From the NCBI GenBank assembly GCA_902609285.1, contig CACLRL010000004.1, forward strand, positions 2,796-66,795: DNA of 64,000 nucleotides, read 5' to 3'. Source of the DNA: an uncultured Candidatus Actinomarina sp. (GTDB lineage Bacteria; Actinomycetota; Acidimicrobiia; Actinomarinales; Actinomarinaceae). Positions 9,232 to 19,451 of the stretch are shown in pieces; the stretch's first letter is position 1, and each line of letters starts with the position of its first letter. The translations under genes were made by a program, and so were the position numbers. The notes beneath the pieces were generated by a model. That model did no database searches. It was not told where the DNA came from and saw nothing but the letters and a program-made list of their open reading frames with translations.

Positions 9232-10265
9232 ATCAAAATAAAATTATGTTCTTTTGTGTTGGAACTGGAGGGCATGTACTTCCAGTGAAGAATATTATTG
9301 ATGAATTATTAAATAGTGGAATGTCAAAAAATCAAATTGAAATAGTGACAGATAATAGAGGCTCTAAGTTCTTACAAGAAGTTGATGTAAAATGCTATAC
9401 GACTGATGTATATAGATCCGATATTGGAAAATTAGGATATTTATTTAATCTAACCAAGATTTATAAGACAATCTCGAATATCAATAGAAATATGGATTTT
9501 AAAAATACAAAAATAATTTTTACTACTGGCTCCTATATTGCCCCTATCGCAGCGTACTTAAGCTGGAGAAATAAAATAAAATTGTTTGTTCAGGAACAGA
9601 ATATTTATACTGGGTTAGGAAATAAGATTGCTTCATATTTTAAAAGCACAGTATTCGCTTCATATCCAGATATAAAAAATGTTAATAAAAAAAATGTAGA
9701 ATTTGTTGGTCCTGTAATTGATAAAAATATTAAAAAGTCTATTAAGGATATTAATGAAAATATTGTGATTGGAGTGCAAGGCGGAAGCCAAGGCTCTAAT
9801 GAAATAAATAATTTCATATACAAATATTTAGAGAATCATAAATTGATTCGAGTAAAAATATTACATATTGTTGGCCCATCAAATATTGATAAATCAAAAA
9901 ATTTTAATAATTATGAACAATTCGAATATGTAGACAACATGAATGATTTCTATCAAAAAATTGATATTCAAATTTCAAGAGCTGGTGGAGGTATTCTTGA
10001 AGCGTTATACTTAAATATACCTTTAATACTCATACCATATAAATTAGGAACTACATCATCACATCAGCAGATGAATGCTAAATTTCTCGTAGATAATGAA
10101 TATGCGATAATATGCAATAATTACACTGACATTGAAAAAGAACTTTTACTTATTGAAAATGAAAATACTGATTGGTTAGATAAATACAATGTAAACAACA
10201 CAATTGAGAACGGAAATATATCAATAAGTAAAAAAATAATTCAGGAAATCAAAAATGGATTATAA
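9228..10265 (+). CDS. murG: Undecaprenyldiphospho-muramoylpentapeptide beta-N-acetylglucosaminyltransferase MurG
   Basis: GTGGHVLP N-terminal motif and the SRAGGGILEA C-terminal motif, at the dcw position. Confidence 0.85.
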   Translation: MNQNKIMFFCVGTGGHVLPVKNIIDELLNSGMSKNQIEIVTDNRGSKFLQEVDVKCYTTDVYRSDIGKLGYLFNLTKIYKTISNINRNMDFKNTKIIFTTGSYIAPIAAYLSWRNKIKLFVQEQNIYTGLGNKIASYFKSTVFASYPDIKNVNKKNVEFVGPVIDKNIKKSIKDINENIVIGVQGGSQGSNEINNFIYKYLENHKLIRVKILHIVGPSNIDKSKNFNNYEQFEYVDNMNDFYQKIDIQISRAGGGILEALYLNIPLILIPYKLGTTSSHQQMNAKFLVDNEYAIICNNYTDIEKELLLIENENTDWLDKYNVNNTIENGNISISKKIIQEIKNGL

Positions 10266-11565
10266 AAATATTTATATTTTAGGGATTGGGGGTTCAGGAA
10301 TGAGCTCTATTGGTAAATATTTAAAACAAAAAGGACTAAATGTTATTGGTTATGATCAGAGAAAATCTTATATTACAAATTTACTTAAACAAGACGGAAT
10401 TGATGTTGTATTTTCTGAATTTGATATTCCATACGATAAAAATAATTTATATATATATTCAAGTGCAATACCTATAGATTCAGAAAAATTTTCAAAATTT
10501 CATGACAAAGAAAATGTAATTTCACGCCCAGAATTTTTACAAAATTTATCAAATGAAAATAAAATAATTGGAATTACCGGTACGCATGGAAAAACATCTA
10601 CGACTGCATTACTTTCACACATTTTTCATTTTAATAATGTAAATGTCTCATACATTTATGGAGGAGTGACAAATTTTAACGGCATTGGTGGGCATTATGG
10701 GGATTCAGATCAGCCAATTATTTTAGAGACTGATGAAGCATATAATACATTTGAAAAAATTTTAATTTCAGATCTGTTGGTACTTAATATTGATAGTGAT
10801 CATTTAGATTTTTTTCAAAACTTTAATAACTATAAAAATGCATTTCTTAAAGTTATGAATAATGTGAAAGATAATTTAGTCATTAATTATGATGACTCAG
10901 TTTTGCAAGACCTTGAGGACTTTAATAATTTAGTTAAATATGGTAAAAATAAAGATTCTGATTTCTTAATTTTAACTCCAGACAAATTTCTTTATGAGAA
11001 CAAAGAATATATTATTAATTCACAAATATTAGGAGATCATTTTAGATCAAATATGGTTGGTGCGATTGTATTAGCAATGAAAAACGGAATTAGCATCAGG
11101 AAATCATTAGATGCAATTTTCTCTTTTCCAGGAGTTAAAAGAAGAACTGAGCTTATCGGAATTACAAAAGGAATTTCTATATATGATGATTATGGGCACC
11201 ATCCGACAGAGATGAATGCAACAATCAGTTCATTAAAAAAGATAACTAAAAATAAATTGTATGTAGTTTTCCAACCTCATAGATATTCGAGAACAAAAGA
11301 ATACTTCAATTTATTTAAAGATTCTCTTGTTCAATCAGATTTTTCAATTGTAACTGATATTTATCCTGCTGGTGAAGATCCTATTCCTGGAATTTCAAGT
11401 AAAAATTTTGAAGGTGAAAATATAAAATACTTACAATCAACAAGGTTTGTTCCTGAATATCTTTCACAAGAAGTAAATCAAGGAGATGTTATTTTAACTT
11501 TAGGTGCTGGTGATATAACTTTACTAGGACCTAAAATAATAAAGTATATAAATGAAAATAACTAG
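10255..11565 (+). CDS. murC: UDP-N-acetylmuramate--L-alanine ligase MurC
   Basis: GIGGSGMS, GITGTHGKTSTT and DDYGHHPTE motifs. Confidence 0.9.
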   Translation: MDYKNIYILGIGGSGMSSIGKYLKQKGLNVIGYDQRKSYITNLLKQDGIDVVFSEFDIPYDKNNLYIYSSAIPIDSEKFSKFHDKENVISRPEFLQNLSNENKIIGITGTHGKTSTTALLSHIFHFNNVNVSYIYGGVTNFNGIGGHYGDSDQPIILETDEAYNTFEKILISDLLVLNIDSDHLDFFQNFNNYKNAFLKVMNNVKDNLVINYDDSVLQDLEDFNNLVKYGKNKDSDFLILTPDKFLYENKEYIINSQILGDHFRSNMVGAIVLAMKNGISIRKSLDAIFSFPGVKRRTELIGITKGISIYDDYGHHPTEMNATISSLKKITKNKLYVVFQPHRYSRTKEYFNLFKDSLVQSDFSIVTDIYPAGEDPIPGISSKNFEGENIKYLQSTRFVPEYLSQEVNQGDVILTLGAGDITLLGPKIIKYINENN

Positions 11566-12412
11566 TGTAGATTTATCAAAGATAACAACCTATAGATTTG
11601 GTGGTATTTGTAAAAGTTTTATTGAGTTGGTAGATAAAGAAGATTTAAACAATCTAGATGAAATAGTACTCGGAAAAGAAAACGTAATTATAGGCAAAGG
11701 TTCCAACGTAGCTTTTTCTGATAATGAATTCCAAGGAAATGTTATTTGTCCAAAATTTACAACAATTGAAGAAAAAAGTGAGACTGAAATTACCGTCGGA
11801 GCATCAGTATTTTTGCCAGACCTATCAAGATACTTCAAAGAACATGAATTTTCAAATGGAGAATTTATGATAGGCATTCCAGGAACAGTAGGGGGTGCTG
11901 TGAAAATGAATGCTGGAGCTTATGATTGGGAATTTTCAGATCTTGTTCAATATATAGAATGTTTTGACTTAAAAACATCAAACATAATTAAATTGAATAA
12001 AGACGAAATTAATTTTTCGTATCGATCTTCACAAAACCTTGATAATAAAATTATATTGAGCGCAACTCTCCAAATTGAAAAAGGTGATATACGTAAAATA
12101 AAGAGTAATCTTGCAATTTTTAATAAAATAAGAAAAAACAGTCAGCCTCCAGCAATTTATAATGCAGGAAGTGTTTTTAAAAATACTAAGGACTACAAAG
12201 CAGGCAAGTTGATTGATGAAGCTGGCCTCAAAGGTTTTGAAATAGATGGTGTAAGTGTAAGTGAAAAGCATGCAAATTTCTTTATTGCAAAAAAAGAAGC
12301 TAAATCACTTGCACTTTATAAACTTGTGCAGCACGTAAAACAGGTAATTGATTGTAAATTTGGAATTAAATTAGAAGAAGAAATTATTTTTATTGGTGAA
12401 TTTGATCTATGA
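11552..12412 (+). CDS. murB: UDP-N-acetylenolpyruvoylglucosamine reductase MurB
   Basis: TTYRFGG, GKGSNV and AGSVFKN motifs. Length is 286 aa (short type). Confidence 0.85.
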   Translation: MKITSVDLSKITTYRFGGICKSFIELVDKEDLNNLDEIVLGKENVIIGKGSNVAFSDNEFQGNVICPKFTTIEEKSETEITVGASVFLPDLSRYFKEHEFSNGEFMIGIPGTVGGAVKMNAGAYDWEFSDLVQYIECFDLKTSNIIKLNKDEINFSYRSSQNLDNKIILSATLQIEKGDIRKIKSNLAIFNKIRKNSQPPAIYNAGSVFKNTKDYKAGKLIDEAGLKGFEIDGVSVSEKHANFFIAKKEAKSLALYKLVQHVKQVIDCKFGIKLEEEIIFIGEFDL

Positions 12413-13107
12413 ACCTCTTAAGTGGAGTTGAAAGTAAATCTTTTAAAACTTTTACTTTTTTTACTTTTGTTGTAATAGTAATTCTTGCTCTCTTAGTTTC
12501 AATTTTTTCTTATAAGTACAGAGTTTCTGACATTAATTATGATTATGAACTAAATTTAAATTATGAAGGGCTTAAAGGAATCGAAAGCTTATCAATTTGG
12601 CTTGTTAATGATGATAATTTTGAAAAATTTTATCTAGATAATCCAAATGTCGAAAACTTAGAAATTTCAAAGCACTTGCCAAATGTTATCAAAATAAATA
12701 TCAACTTGTACCAAAAAATTATCGTTTACACTGACTATAGAGATACTAGTCCTGAACAAAGAGTGCTGTATAAAAATTTATACACTGCTGATGCTGCATC
12801 TGAAAGAAACCTAGCGCATTTAGCAATTACAAACGGTCCAATTGCTAATGGTTTTTTTAGTGAAATTGTTTCATTTATCTTAACGGTAGAAAAATACGAA
12901 GTTGCCCTTGGTGAAGTTTTTATGAATTTTGATGGAAATGTACTCACAATAAATTACTTAGATACGATCATTGATGCAGGGAAGGCTGTGGATCTCTCAA
13001 GGAAAGGAACCGTAGTTGGTTACATCCTTGAAAAGGGAGACTGCAAGGGAAGGGTAACAATTCTTGAAAGTTCCGGTGAAGATATAGAAACGTTGTTTGA
13101 ATGCTAA
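12409..13107 (+). CDS. FtsQ-like division protein (bitopic)
   Basis: ATGA overlap with murB. It has one N-terminal TM (FTFFTFVVIVILALLVSIF) and an extracytoplasmic domain of about 190 aa, immediately upstream of ftsZ. The call is positional. Confidence 0.45.
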   Translation: MNLLSGVESKSFKTFTFFTFVVIVILALLVSIFSYKYRVSDINYDYELNLNYEGLKGIESLSIWLVNDDNFEKFYLDNPNVENLEISKHLPNVIKININLYQKIIVYTDYRDTSPEQRVLYKNLYTADAASERNLAHLAITNGPIANGFFSEIVSFILTVEKYEVALGEVFMNFDGNVLTINYLDTIIDAGKAVDLSRKGTVVGYILEKGDCKGRVTILESSGEDIETLFEC

Positions 13108-13195
13108 TCTAAACCTAAAGTTTAGATATAGATAAAATTATTAAAACTTTTTGTATATATCTATAAATTTGATAATCTCCTTATAAGGAAAAATT

Positions 13196-14341
13196 ATGGC
13201 AAATAAAAAACAAACTAAATCAAAACCTAAAGCTAAGGCTACCAAGTCGAAGGCAAGAAAAACAACGTCTAAGTCAAAAAAAGCAGTTTCAAGAACAAAC
13301 AACAAACAAAGAGGAGTCAATTTAAATATGAGACCGAGAAATTATGCAGCAGTTATAAAAGTTATTGGTGTTGGCGGCGGTGGAACTAATGCTGTAAATA
13401 GAATGATAAAAATGGGTATCAAAGGTGTTGATTTTGTCGCATGCAACACAGATGCGCAAAGTTTACTTGGTTCAAAAGCTGACCTTAAATTAGATCTTGG
13501 AAGAAAATCAACTAGAGGTCTAGGAGCCGGTGCTAATCCAGAAGTTGGGAGACAAGCAGCAGTTGACTCTGAGGAATTAATCAATGAGGCTCTAAAAGGA
13601 GCTGATATGGTCTTTATTGCTGCAGGTGAAGGCGGAGGTACAGGAACTGGTGCTTCACCTATACTTGCAAATATTGCTCATGAAATGGGTGCACTAACTG
13701 TTGGAGTAGTCACAAGACCTTTTGGCTTTGAAGGTAGAAGAAGGTCCGTGCAGGCAGAAGAAGGTATTCAAGCTTTAAGAGATGTAGTTGATACACTCAT
13801 TGTTATTCCTAATGACAGATTATTGCAGATAAGCGACAAGGATATAAAAATTAGTGAAGCTTACCTAAAATCTGATGAAATATTAGCAAACGGTGTAAGA
13901 GGCATTACAGGTTTAATTACAAATCCTGGAATAATAAATGTTGACTTTGCGGATGTTAAAACGATATTAAAAGATGCAGGTAATGCTGTTTTAGGAATTG
14001 GACGTTCAACTGGCGAACAAAGAGCTCCAAACGCTGCTCAAGCTGCAATATCATCTCCATTGTTAGAAGCTAATATGGATGGAGCTGAAGGTGTATTAAT
14101 AACTATAGCTGGATCCGAGGACTTGAAACTGCAAGAAGTAAATGAAGCAGCGAGAGTTATTACAGAAAGAGCTGATGACAATGCTGAAATTATATTCGGC
14201 CACTTAGTTGATGATTCATTAGGTGATGCTGTTGAAGTCACTGTTGTTGCTGCTGGATTTGGACAAAGACCTAATAGAAGAGTATCTTCTGATTTTGATG
14301 AAAATGGAGGAGAAAGTCTTCCTGATTTCATCAGAGGATGA
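13196..14341 (+). CDS. ftsZ: Cell division GTPase FtsZ, with a lysine-rich N-terminal extension
   Basis: Motifs read are [36 protein letters not shown] and NVDFADV, plus the C-terminal LPDFIRG peptide. AAGGA lies 8 nt upstream of the ATG at 13196. An alternative internal start at 13328 also has a GAGGAG box. Confidence 0.95.
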   Translation: MANKKQTKSKPKAKATKSKARKTTSKSKKAVSRTNNKQRGVNLNMRPRNYAAVIKVIGVGGGGTNAVNRMIKMGIKGVDFVACNTDAQSLLGSKADLKLDLGRKSTRGLGAGANPEVGRQAAVDSEELINEALKGADMVFIAAGEGGGTGTGASPILANIAHEMGALTVGVVTRPFGFEGRRRSVQAEEGIQALRDVVDTLIVIPNDRLLQISDKDIKISEAYLKSDEILANGVRGITGLITNPGIINVDFADVKTILKDAGNAVLGIGRSTGEQRAPNAAQAAISSPLLEANMDGAEGVLITIAGSEDLKLQEVNEAARVITERADDNAEIIFGHLVDDSLGDAVEVTVVAAGFGQRPNRRVSSDFDENGGESLPDFIRG

Positions 14342-14910
14342 TTAATTCAAATTTAATCAAAAACGTAGAATTTCTAAATAAACACAATTCAAAACAAAAT
14401 TTGAAACTTGGTTCATTCGCAGACATGAATCAAACTCACAGTGATGTAGTTTTAGAAATTGATAAAAAAGGCACATACGAAGCAGATGCCATAATAACTG
14501 AAACTAAAAACTTAAAACTTGTTGTCAAAACTGCTGATTGTATGCCAGTAGTCATATCAGATGGAAAGAAAGTGGGAGTTATACATATTGGTTGGAAAGG
14601 GGTCGAAAACAAAATTTTTTTTAAGGCAATTAAAAAATTTAATCTCAGTAATTTAAAAGTTTCTATAGGACCACACGCACAAAAATGTTGTTATGAAATA
14701 AAAGATGACTTGTTTAAGAAATTTCCAGAGTTGACAATTCAGAGACACAAAAAAAAATATCTTGATTTGAGTAAAGAAATTGAGATATTTTGTATTGAAA
14801 ATAATATCGACTTTGAAAATTCCTCAATATGCACGATAGACAATGATTCTTTTAACTCGTATCGACGTAATAACACTAATTTAAGACAATGGAGTATAGT
14901 TTGGATTTAA
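14338..14910 (+). CDS. pgeF: YfiH/PgeF-family (purine nucleoside phosphorylase / peptidoglycan editing factor) protein, short form
   Basis: TADCMPVV and HIGWKG motifs, immediately after ftsZ as in Actinobacteria and Firmicutes. Confidence 0.75.
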   Translation: MINSNLIKNVEFLNKHNSKQNLKLGSFADMNQTHSDVVLEIDKKGTYEADAIITETKNLKLVVKTADCMPVVISDGKKVGVIHIGWKGVENKIFFKAIKKFNLSNLKVSIGPHAQKCCYEIKDDLFKKFPELTIQRHKKKYLDLSKEIEIFCIENNIDFENSSICTIDNDSFNSYRRNNTNLRQWSIVWI

Positions 14911-15515
14911 ATAATTTATATAAAATTTTGGAATTAGTCAAAAACTATAACTGTAAACTTCTTCCTATCATTAAAGGAAGGGAGAAAGAAGATATTCTAA
15001 AAATTTACAACGAAGGACTCAGAGAATTTGGTGAAAATAGATTAAACGAATTATCAGATCATACAAGGTTTTTACCAGAAGCAAGCTTTCATTTTATAGC
15101 TCCTTTACAATCAAGAAAAATACGTGAAATAATGAATAGCTGTGACTTTATTCATACACTGCAAAGACCAAAAGAAATTTTAACAATTAATGAGTGTTAT
15201 GAAAATCAAGATATTTTTGTCCAGATTAATATAGATGATGACCCCAATAAAAGCGGTATTCATACAAATGAAGTCGATGAATTTTTTGATAAGTTTGAAG
15301 GTTTAAATTTTTTTCCTGTTGGAATTATGTGTATACCAAGTTTTGATGCTGACCCCAAAAGGTCATTCAATAAGATGTCGAAAATTAATGAGAAGCTTAA
15401 AAAAGATTTTAATAATTATAAAGGAGAATTATCAATGGGTATGTCTGGCGACTATAAAATAGCCCTTGATTATGGTGCTACAATAATACGGATAGGTAGT
15501 AAAATTTTTAATTAA
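14889..15515 (+). CDS. yggS: PLP-binding homeostasis protein YggS family
   Basis: FGENRLNEL, HFIAPLQSRK and LSMGMSGDY motifs, in conserved position. Confidence 0.8.
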   Translation: MEYSLDLNNLYKILELVKNYNCKLLPIIKGREKEDILKIYNEGLREFGENRLNELSDHTRFLPEASFHFIAPLQSRKIREIMNSCDFIHTLQRPKEILTINECYENQDIFVQINIDDDPNKSGIHTNEVDEFFDKFEGLNFFPVGIMCIPSFDADPKRSFNKMSKINEKLKKDFNNYKGELSMGMSGDYKIALDYGATIIRIGSKIFN

Positions 15516-15952
15516 TGTTAGAAAAATTCTTAATTTCGATAGGTTTAAAACAGCCAGAATATGTTGAGGATCTGGTCCCGGAAAATACTCGCACGGTGCG
15601 TCCTTCATCTGAAAATAGATTTGAAAATGAAGATTACAGTGGTGATTTAAAAATCCATCAACCAAAAGATGAAGTTGAAATTAAAGTTTTAAGGACTTTT
15701 AATGACAGTCATCTTATTGGTTCACCCATAAAAGAAGGATATATTGTTGCTGTAGACATAAGAGATATTAGCGATCAAGGCATCAGACAAAGAATTGTTG
15801 ATTTTATAACAGGCATTGCTTTTATCAGTGACTCAAAAATGAGAATTATTCATAAGGATGGCGTATATTTAGTTATTCCCTCAAAAATGTCACTTCCATC
15901 TACTGAACGAGAGAGATTGCAAACTCTTGGTCTCTACAAAATAAATGTGTAG
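15515..15952 (+). CDS. sepF: Cell division protein SepF
   Basis: N-terminal amphipathic MLEKFLISIGL, and a C-terminal SepF core (...IVAVDIRDIS...RIVDFITGIAF...). Confidence 0.85.
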   Translation: MLEKFLISIGLKQPEYVEDLVPENTRTVRPSSENRFENEDYSGDLKIHQPKDEVEIKVLRTFNDSHLIGSPIKEGYIVAVDIRDISDQGIRQRIVDFITGIAFISDSKMRIIHKDGVYLVIPSKMSLPSTERERLQTLGLYKINV

Positions 15953-16211
15953 TTTATTTTTACTAGGATTTAGGCTTTTAAGCTATTCCTTGTTTTTATG
16001 GATCATCTTAAGCTGGATACAAGTTTCAGATGATCACCCAATTGGACAGTTAAAAATGATTTTAGACCGTTTTTATGGAAGATTGTTAGAACCAATCAGA
16101 AGCAGAATAGGCCCGCTTAGAATTGGGATGGCAGGTATTGACTTATCACCAATTGTTCTTATATTGGGAATTAACTTTCTTCAGCCAATCATTCTTAGAT
16201 TTGTTTGCTAA
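15945..16211 (+). CDS. yggT: YggT-family membrane protein
   Basis: 88 aa with 2 TM helices, immediately after sepF. The stop codon overlaps the ileS stop on the other strand. Confidence 0.7.
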   Translation: MCSLFLLGFRLLSYSLFLWIILSWIQVSDDHPIGQLKMILDRFYGRLLEPIRSRIGPLRIGMAGIDLSPIVLILGINFLQPIILRFVC

Positions 16212-19200
16212 GTTTTTTCAATAACCGTATCTAATTTAAAATCAAGAAGTACGTTTGTTGCCTTTTTCTCAACTAAGTTAATCTCAGTTGCAAGAGTTTC
16301 CTTTGCTATGTAATCATTAAAAAGTTTAAAACTTGCTTTCGCTTTTTCGTCATCAGTTAAAATATTAAGTTTTATTCGATCAGTTATGTCAAACTTCAAA
16401 TCTTTTCTCTGCTTTTGGACAATCGAGACAATCTCTCTAGATATTCTCTCGTAAAATAATTCATTTGATATTTGAATATCAAGATTAATACTAAATTCTT
16501 CAATTATTTCATGGCTTTTGCTCTCCTCAAGCTTTACAAGTCTCATGTCTAAATCATTTAAAGAAATTTTGTTTTGCTTATAAGACAGGCCATTGTTTGC
16601 AATTATTTCTTTAATTTCATTTTGTTCAAGCTCATTTAAAAAATTAGCTAAATTTGTAATTTCACTACCTAATTTTGGACCTAGCTTTGAAAAATCTGGT
16701 TTACATTCATATCTATACCAATCATCAACTTCACTCAGGTAGACTATGTTTTTTAAATTAAGTTCATCCAATATTATTTCTTTTACACTTTCAATATCTT
16801 CAACTAATGAAGCATTGTTAGATATTATTGAGATTTTTTCTAACGGTTGTTTATTTGGAAGATTCAAATTCAATCTTATATTTCTCCCTGTTTTGATAAT
16901 TTTTTTAGCAATAACTATTTGTTCTTCCAATTTCTTATTTATTATTTGATCATTTGCTTCAGGATAGTCTTCAAGGTGAATGCTTGAATTTTGTTTTTGT
17001 ACAAGTCCTTGGTATATTTCTTCACAAATAAATGGTAGAACAGGTGCCATTGTTTTAGAGAATTCAAAAAGAACTTCATGTAAAGTTTTAAAAGCATTTA
17101 ATTTATCAATATCATCAACATCTTTTTCCTTCCAAAATCGTTTTCGGTTTGTTCGAACATACCAATTAGTGAGTTCATCGATAAAGCCTATCAGTGGAGG
17201 TATTACTTCATAAAGATAATAATTTTCCATCTTTTCATTAACAGTTTTTATGAGTGATTGAAGGCTAGAAATTATCCATTGATCCATTAAAGTTCTATTT
17301 TCTATTGGATCAGCCTTACTTAATTCTTCAATTGTTATATTGTCTGCATTTGCATAATTTGAGAAAAAAGAAAAGCTATTCCAAAGTGGTAGGATTACAT
17401 TTCTTGTAACTAACTTTACCCCTTCTTCTGAAAATTTAAGAGGTTCCCCTCTAACAACTGGTGAATTTATTAAATAAGCTCTCAAGCTATCACCACCATA
17501 TTTATCAAGCAAATCTTCGGGATCTGGATAATTCTTAAGACTTTTACTCATTTTTCTACCATCCTCTGCAAGAATCATTCCAGTAGTAATACAATTTTTA
17601 AAAGCTACAGAATCGAAAAGTGATACTGCCAAAACAGTTAATGTATAAAACCACCCTCTTGTTTGGTCTAATCCTTCGGCAATAAAGTCAGCAGGAAAAC
17701 CATCCATAAAATTTTCTGAATTTTCAAAAGGATAATGTTGTTGACCATAGGGCATTGAACCAGATTCGAACCAACAATCAAGTACTTCAGGGGTTCTTGT
17801 GTATGATTTGCCATTTATTTCAATTTTTATTTCATCTAAAAAATGTTTATGTAAGTCATCTACCTCTACTCCTGAAAGTTCCTTAAGTTGTTCTATGGAA
17901 CCGACACAGATTATGTCATCAGGATCATCATCATTTATCCATATTGGAATACAGCTTCCCCAGTATCTGTTTCTACTAATAGCCCAATCTCTTGCATCAG
18001 CTAACCAATTAGAAAACCTTTTTTCACCTATAAATCCAGGGACCCAATGGGTTTGAGAATTAAGTTCCACCATTCGATCACTAATTTTTTCAACATTTAC
18101 AAACCATGTTGGTATTGCTTTGTAAATTAATGGGGTGCCTGTTCGCCAGCAAAAAGGATAGGAATGCATTTCTCTTTTTGAACTAAAAAGTAAGCCTCTT
18201 TCATCCAACTGTTTGATAATTACATTGTCAGCATCCTTAACGTTTAAATCTTCAAGACCTGCCACAGATTGATCAAACTTACCAGCCAATGTAACTGGAT
18301 CAACAATTGCAGTAATTCCTGCGTTTTTTAAACAATAAAAATCACTTTCACCATAAGAGGGAGCTTGAGATACCAAACCAGAACCTGATCCAGTATTTGT
18401 ATCATCACTATGGATTAATTTAAAAGCCTTCCCAATGTTCTCTTTTTCAAATTCAGAATATGCAGGAATGTATTCTCCTCCAATCATATTTTCACCATCA
18501 CATGAACCTTGAACGGAATAATCATAACTGTCTAGTTCCTGCAATCTTTCAGTAGCAATCCAGTAATACTGACTATCAATTTTCACTCTTGAATAATTGA
18601 TATCTTTTCCAACTGCAATTGCTAAATTCGCGGGTATACACCAAGGGGTTGTCGTCCATACAAGAAAATAGTCGCCTTTTCTAATATCGTTAAAGTCATT
18701 TCTTGCTTCTAACTGAAAGAAAATTGAGGGATCTTCAACATTTCTATAGTCCATATTTGCTTCAAAATTAGATAGAGGTGTAGATGCAGCCCATGAGTAA
18801 GGAAGAACTTTATAATCTTTATAAATTAAACCTTTATCATAAAGCTCTTTGAATACCCACCAAACACTTTCCATGAACCCAACGTCCATTGTTTTATAAT
18901 CATTCTCAAAATCGACCCATCTGCCAATCTTTCTTGTAATCTTTTCCCAGTTTTCAGTATTAGTTTGGACTTGAGATCTACAAGCTTCATTAAATTTATC
19001 AATTCCATAATCATCAATATCTTGTGGGTCTTCCAAACCTAGTTCTTTTTGTACTTCCATTTCAATTGGAAGTCCGTGAACATCCCAGCCAAACCGCCTT
19101 TCAACAAAGAACCCTCTCATAGTCCAATATCTTGGAACAATGTCCTTGATTACTCCTGCAAGTAAATTACCATAATGAGGACTACCTGTTGGGAAAGGTG

Positions 19201-19339
19201 GTCCATCATAAAATCTAAAAATCTTTGAATCTTTTCGTATATCTAAGGATTTTTCAAACGCATTTATTTCATTCCAATAATCTGAAATTTTGTTTTCGTT
19301 TTCTGCAAAATCAATATTGTTATCAATTCTTTTGAACAT
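16208..19339 (-). CDS. ileS: Isoleucine--tRNA ligase (type 2, long form)
   Basis: 1043 aa. It has a HIGH-type motif (PHYGNLL), KMSKS (GRKMSKSL), and the editing-domain block TTTPWCIPANLA. Confidence 0.97.
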   Translation of the reverse strand: MFKRIDNNIDFAENENKISDYWNEINAFEKSLDIRKDSKIFRFYDGPPFPTGSPHYGNLLAGVIKDIVPRYWTMRGFFVERRFGWDVHGLPIEMEVQKELGLEDPQDIDDYGIDKFNEACRSQVQTNTENWEKITRKIGRWVDFENDYKTMDVGFMESVWWVFKELYDKGLIYKDYKVLPYSWAASTPLSNFEANMDYRNVEDPSIFFQLEARNDFNDIRKGDYFLVWTTTPWCIPANLAIAVGKDINYSRVKIDSQYYWIATERLQELDSYDYSVQGSCDGENMIGGEYIPAYSEFEKENIGKAFKLIHSDDTNTGSGSGLVSQAPSYGESDFYCLKNAGITAIVDPVTLAGKFDQSVAGLEDLNVKDADNVIIKQLDERGLLFSSKREMHSYPFCWRTGTPLIYKAIPTWFVNVEKISDRMVELNSQTHWVPGFIGEKRFSNWLADARDWAISRNRYWGSCIPIWINDDDPDDIICVGSIEQLKELSGVEVDDLHKHFLDEIKIEINGKSYTRTPEVLDCWFESGSMPYGQQHYPFENSENFMDGFPADFIAEGLDQTRGWFYTLTVLAVSLFDSVAFKNCITTGMILAEDGRKMSKSLKNYPDPEDLLDKYGGDSLRAYLINSPVVRGEPLKFSEEGVKLVTRNVILPLWNSFSFFSNYANADNITIEELSKADPIENRTLMDQWIISSLQSLIKTVNEKMENYYLYEVIPPLIGFIDELTNWYVRTNRKRFWKEKDVDDIDKLNAFKTLHEVLFEFSKTMAPVLPFICEEIYQGLVQKQNSSIHLEDYPEANDQIINKKLEEQIVIAKKIIKTGRNIRLNLNLPNKQPLEKISIISNNASLVEDIESVKEIILDELNLKNIVYLSEVDDWYRYECKPDFSKLGPKLGSEITNLANFLNELEQNEIKEIIANNGLSYKQNKISLNDLDMRLVKLEESKSHEIIEEFSINLDIQISNELFYERISREIVSIVQKQRKDLKFDITDRIKLNILTDDEKAKASFKLFNDYIAKETLATEINLVEKKATNVLLDFKLDTVIEKT

Positions 19340-19451
19340 ATCCTTAGAATTTTAATGATTATTTAATAAAAGACTTATTTTTTTAAATTTTTTAAAATAT
19401 CTTTTTTTTAATCGTAGTTTTACTAATATACGTTCAACAATAAAAAAAAAT

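Noticed and set aside
13108-13126. The hairpin TCTAAAC-CTAAA-GTTTAGA right after ftsQ, considered as a terminator.
   Set aside because: The stem is only 7 bp and A/T-rich, with no following T-tract. Such inverted repeats arise easily in AT-rich DNA, so it is not reported as a terminator.
13151-13176. A possible ftsZ promoter (TTGTAT ... GATAAT).
   Set aside because: The hexamer spacing is only 14 nt, and many alternative A/T hexamers exist in the spacer. I cannot choose among them from sequence alone.
13342-14331. Antisense ORFs 13342..13584 and 14038..14331 inside ftsZ.
   Set aside because: ftsZ is locally GC-richer, so its antisense frame lacks stops. The products are Ala/Ser/Pro-rich with no recognisable domain. 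These are shadow ORFs.
16746-18056. Plus-strand ORFs 16746..16949, 16980..17213 and 17799..18056, and minus-strand 18826..19017, within ileS.
   Set aside because: They are short alternative-frame or antisense ORFs inside a 1043-aa gene with clear class I synthetase motifs.
19340-19451. A T-box or other leader upstream of ileS (minus strand).
   Set aside because: The 112-nt divergent spacer is almost pure A/T homopolymer runs. It has no specifier or antiterminator helices and no T-box consensus.
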